This document shows, piece after piece, positions 53,812 to 56,852 of a stretch of 56,852 bases of DNA. The stretch lies in NCBI GenBank assembly GCA_021780155.1, contig JAJXZH010000006.1:1-56852 (forward strand). Reading direction: 5' to 3'. The translations under genes and the position numbers were made by a program. Position 1 is the stretch's first letter. Each line of letters begins with the position of its first letter. This DNA is from a bacterium (GTDB lineage: Bacteria; Patescibacteriota; Minisyncoccia; UBA6257; JAGOQP01). The notes beneath the pieces are model-generated. The model was not told where the DNA came from. It made no database searches and was given only the letters and a program-made list of their open reading frames with translations.

Positions 53812-54393
53812 TTAAATTTTTTGAACCTGCATAGAATCTATTTCAACGGTCGTTTCTCTCCCAAAAACCGGAACAGTGGCTTTTATTCTTCCGTGCTCTT
53901 CGTCTACCTCCGTTATTTTTCCTTCATAATCTTTAAAAGGACCATCAATGATTTTTACCAAATCCCCCACCGAATAGTCAACAGTAAATCTCGTTTCTTT
54001 GTCATTTTCCATTTTAGACATTAGATAATCAATTTCATCTCTGGAAAGTGGGGTTGGCTTGGTCGAATCGGGACCGACAAAACCCATAACTCTGGGAGTG
54101 TTTCTGACAACATACCACGAGTCTTCCGACATTATCATATCTACCAAAACATATCCGGGATAAATTTTTTCTTCTATAGTTTTTCTTTTCCCGTTTTTTA
54201 TTTTAATTTTTTTCTCTTTAGGGACAACTACTTCAAAAATTTTATCGTTCATCTCAAGAGATCCAACGCGTTGTTTTAAATAGCGCGCCACCGCATCTTC
54301 ATAACCCGAATAGGTATGGACCGCGTACCATCGTCTGGCGCCTTTATCGGAATCGTTTATTTGCAATGCTGGTTTTTTTTCTTCTTTGTCCAT
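53812..54393 (-). CDS. nusG: transcription termination/antitermination factor NusG
   Basis: RWYAVHTYSGYE (NGN domain) and the KOW motif GDLVKIIDGPFKDYEGKI. Confidence 0.93.
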   Translation of the reverse strand: MDKEEKKPALQINDSDKGARRWYAVHTYSGYEDAVARYLKQRVGSLEMNDKIFEVVVPKEKKIKIKNGKRKTIEEKIYPGYVLVDMIMSEDSWYVVRNTPRVMGFVGPDSTKPTPLSRDEIDYLMSKMENDKETRFTVDYSVGDLVKIIDGPFKDYEGKITEVDEEHGRIKATVPVFGRETTVEIDSMQVQKI

Positions 54394-54396
54394 AAA

Positions 54397-54579
54397 TTAC
54401 AAAACAATCTGTTTTAATATGTAAGAAAATAGAATATCCAAAGCTCCCAAAAACAATGAAAGTCCCAGAGAAAATCCGATAACTATCAGGGTCAAATTAA
54501 TGGTCTGATTTTTTGTCGGCCAATTTACCTTTTTTAATTCACTATATGACTCTTTAAAATAATCATTAATTTTTGACAT
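54397..54579 (-). CDS. secE: preprotein translocase subunit SecE
   Basis: 60 aa; ELKKVNWPTKNQ followed by a single TM helix. It lies upstream of nusG, as in the canonical arrangement. Confidence 0.85.
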   Translation of the reverse strand: MSKINDYFKESYSELKKVNWPTKNQTINLTLIVIGFSLGLSLFLGALDILFSYILKQIVL

Positions 54580-54595
54580 AAATGTGTATATACTT

Positions 54596-54613
54596 AAAAC
54601 CGCCCTCAGGCGG
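54596..54613 (-). terminator. short terminator hairpin after gyrB
   Basis: On the minus strand, CCGCC-TGAG-GGCGG is followed by TTTT. Confidence 0.4.
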
Positions 54614-54670
54614 AAAATATTAACTTCCTGCCATTATATAATCGATAAATAAAAATGTCAAATCTAAAAA

Positions 54671-56758
54671 TCAAATGTCAAGATTTTTTACCATTGCCGC
54701 CCGACTCTGAATAAAATGCTTTCTTGGTTCCACTTTTTCTCCCATTAATATATCAAACAACCTATCCGCTCCTTGAGCGTCTTCTATGGACACTTGCTTC
54801 ATAATTCTCGTTGCCGGATCCATAGTTGTTTCCCAAAGCTGTTGAGGATTCATTTCCCCCAATCCTTTATATCTTTGAACCATTACGCCTTTGATTTTTT
54901 CTTCTTCGGTTCCTTCCACTTCCGCTGAATTTTCCGATTCAATTTCAATTTCTTTTTCTTCTTTTTCTTTTTCTTTTGATTTTTTCTTAGCATTTTTTGC
55001 CAGTTGCATTTTTTCAACCAAATCATCTTTCTCTTTATCGGAAAAAGCGTAAGAAAACTCCCTCCCCGATTGCACTCTAAATAAGGGCGGTTGCGCGATA
55101 TAAAGATATCCCCTTTCTATTATTTCCCTGAAATATCTGAAAAACAAAGTTAAAAGCAAAGTTCTGATATGAGCGCCATCAACATCGGCATCGGTCATAA
55201 TAACAATTTTGTGATATCTTATTTTATCAACATTAAAATCATTTCCAATTGCCGTTCCTAAAGCAATAACCAAAGATTTTATTTCGTTATTGGAAAGCAT
55301 TCTATCAAGACGAGATTTTTCAACATTTAATATTTTTCCTCGCAAAGGCAATATTGCCTGAAATCTCCTGTCTCTCCCCTGTTTTCCCGAACCACCGGCG
55401 GAATCTCCCTCAACAATAAAAAGTTCCGATTCCGAAGGTTCTTTTGATGTGCAGTCGGCAAGTTTTCCGGGCAAAGCAAGTCCTTCAAGTGGACCCTTTC
55501 TTAAAACCGTTTCTTTGGCGGCTTTGGCGGCTTTTCTGGCTTTGGCGGCCAATAAACATTTTCCGATAATTACTCTCGATTCACTGGAATATTTTTGTAA
55601 AAATTCTTTTAGTGCTTCCGCGGTAACCGCCTCAACTGCGGTTCTTGCCGGAGGATTTCCTAAACGGGCTTTGGTTTGTCCTTCAAATTGAGGTTCTCTT
55701 ATTTTAACCGAAACGATTGCCACTAATCCTTCACGAACATCATCTCCGGTTAAATTTTCTTCTTTATCTTTAATGTATCCGTTCTCTCTGGCATAATCGT
55801 TTAAAACTCTGGTCAATGCCGAACGAAATCCGGTCAAGTGCATTCCTCCATCGGGAGTATAGATATTATTGGCAAAACTAAGTTCTTGAGTTTCCGGATC
55901 TTTGTTATAAACAAAAGTTGCCTCAACTTGAATGCTTTCGCGCACACTTTTATGAGCGGGGTTTGTCTCTCCTTCGGAAACTAAATATTCTTTATTCACA
56001 TAAAAAGGAGTGTCCTGTTCGGTTTCTCCAAATTCATTCAAATAATGAAGAAAAGAAAGAAGTCCACCTTCAAAATAAAAAGCATAATAAAAAGGAGCAT
56101 CTTCTCTTTCGTCTATAATTTCTATTTTAATTCCCTTAACCAAAAACGCCTGCTGACGCAAGTGATCGATTATTTTTTTTCTGTCAAATTCTATTTTTGA
56201 AAATATTTCTTCATCAGGCCTAAAAGTAATTTTTGTTCCAGTTGTTTTAGAAGTTCCAATTTTTTTGACTTTGTATTGAGGGATACCTTTTTTATATTCC
56301 TGAATATAAAGTCCTCCGTCCTTATTAACTTCGGCTTTCATCCATTTGGAAAGAGCATTAACAACCGCCGCACCCACTCCATGAAGACCACCGGAAACCT
56401 TGTATGACTCTCCGCCAAATTTACCCCCAGCATGGAGAGTGCACAATGCCGTTTCAAGAGCAGATTTTTTTGTTTGAGGATGAATATCAACCGGTATTCC
56501 GCGCCCATCATCGGTTACCGAAACAACGTTATCTTTTAGCAGTTCCACTCTTATATTTTTGGCAAATCCGGCCATTGCCTCATCGATGGAGTTATCCACA
56601 ATTTCCCAAACTAAATGGTGCAGGCCATCAACTCCGGTTGAACCGATATACATTCCCGGCCTCTTTCTTACCGGCTCAAGACCTTCCAAAACGTAAATGT
56701 CTTTGGCACTATAAGAAACTTCATTATTCTGCGATGTTTTTTCTTCTTTTTTTGGCAT
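54671..56758 (-). CDS. gyrB: DNA gyrase subunit B
   Basis: GHKL ATPase motifs EIVDNSIDE, DDGRGIP and GGLHGVG. Toprim motifs EGDSAGG and PLRGKILNVE are also present. Confidence 0.97.
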   Translation of the reverse strand: MPKKEEKTSQNNEVSYSAKDIYVLEGLEPVRKRPGMYIGSTGVDGLHHLVWEIVDNSIDEAMAGFAKNIRVELLKDNVVSVTDDGRGIPVDIHPQTKKSALETALCTLHAGGKFGGESYKVSGGLHGVGAAVVNALSKWMKAEVNKDGGLYIQEYKKGIPQYKVKKIGTSKTTGTKITFRPDEEIFSKIEFDRKKIIDHLRQQAFLVKGIKIEIIDEREDAPFYYAFYFEGGLLSFLHYLNEFGETEQDTPFYVNKEYLVSEGETNPAHKSVRESIQVEATFVYNKDPETQELSFANNIYTPDGGMHLTGFRSALTRVLNDYARENGYIKDKEENLTGDDVREGLVAIVSVKIREPQFEGQTKARLGNPPARTAVEAVTAEALKEFLQKYSSESRVIIGKCLLAAKARKAAKAAKETVLRKGPLEGLALPGKLADCTSKEPSESELFIVEGDSAGGSGKQGRDRRFQAILPLRGKILNVEKSRLDRMLSNNEIKSLVIALGTAIGNDFNVDKIRYHKIVIMTDADVDGAHIRTLLLTLFFRYFREIIERGYLYIAQPPLFRVQSGREFSYAFSDKEKDDLVEKMQLAKNAKKKSKEKEKEEKEIEIESENSAEVEGTEEEKIKGVMVQRYKGLGEMNPQQLWETTMDPATRIMKQVSIEDAQGADRLFDILMGEKVEPRKHFIQSRAAMVKNLDI

Positions 56759-56852
56759 ATTTTATCGCTTTAAATCAATAAAAATGGGCTTTAAAATCAC
56801 CCTTTTATAAACTGATTATATCAAATTTTTAACACAAAAACAAATGCTTTTT

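Noticed and set aside
1117-55691. Many 60-155 aa ORFs in the track lie antisense to, or nested in, long well-supported genes. Examples are 1117-1311, 8459-8770, 10795-11139, 24161-24628, 37128-37682, 39274-39528 and 55449-55691.
   Set aside because: They are Phe/Ile/Leu/Ser-rich mirror images of Lys/Glu-rich genes in an AT-rich genome. They have no RBS or motifs, and each overlaps a gene with clear family signatures.
1-56852. Alternative genetic code (UGA read as Gly or Trp, as in some CPR lineages).
   Set aside because: Conserved genes are full length under the standard code, and TGA is used as a real stop (for example at 53070-53072). No in-frame TGA is needed to restore any conserved protein.

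Overview
Low-GC (about one-third GC by eye), gene-dense window with most genes on the minus strand. It looks like a Candidate Phyla Radiation / Patescibacteria (Parcubacteria-like) chromosome segment. That placement is an inference from compact housekeeping proteins, type IV pilin biology, GH130 genes and reduced versions of core proteins. All calls come from reading the sequence and the ORF track; no database search was run. The backbone is housekeeping: lepA, secA, hpf, murB, nadK, tpiA, dus, rarA, pcm, rpmG, tsf, rpsB, trmD, rpsP, smc, rnc, nusB, rpmF, rnhB, dnaE, thrS, miaA, gatB, tmk, rplK, nusG, secE and gyrB, plus 7 tRNAs. I saw no rRNA, CRISPR array or prophage. Three regions stand out. 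(1) 3.1-7.3 kb holds an S26 signal peptidase-like gene, a 692-aa type IV prepilin fused to tail-fiber-like repeats, and an IS200-like REP-associated tyrosine transposase (RAYT). The RAYT is bracketed by a 29-nt palindromic REP, and two palindromic repeat families sit in-frame inside coding sequences. (2) 26.7-30.2 kb holds three consecutive GH130-like domains plus a mannose-6-phosphate-isomerase-type cupin. (3) 30.3-33.1 kb is the most unusual. tRNA-Asn and tRNA-Trp are each followed by the same hairpin plus ~105-nt structured core. Each core ends in a 15-16 nt copy of the 3' end (T-loop junction to discriminator) of its own upstream tRNA. These two copies bracket a segment that contains a sharply GC-rich, foreign-looking secreted-protein gene. 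I do not recognise this tRNA-linked module as any named RNA or mobile-element family, and I consider it the best candidate for something undescribed.
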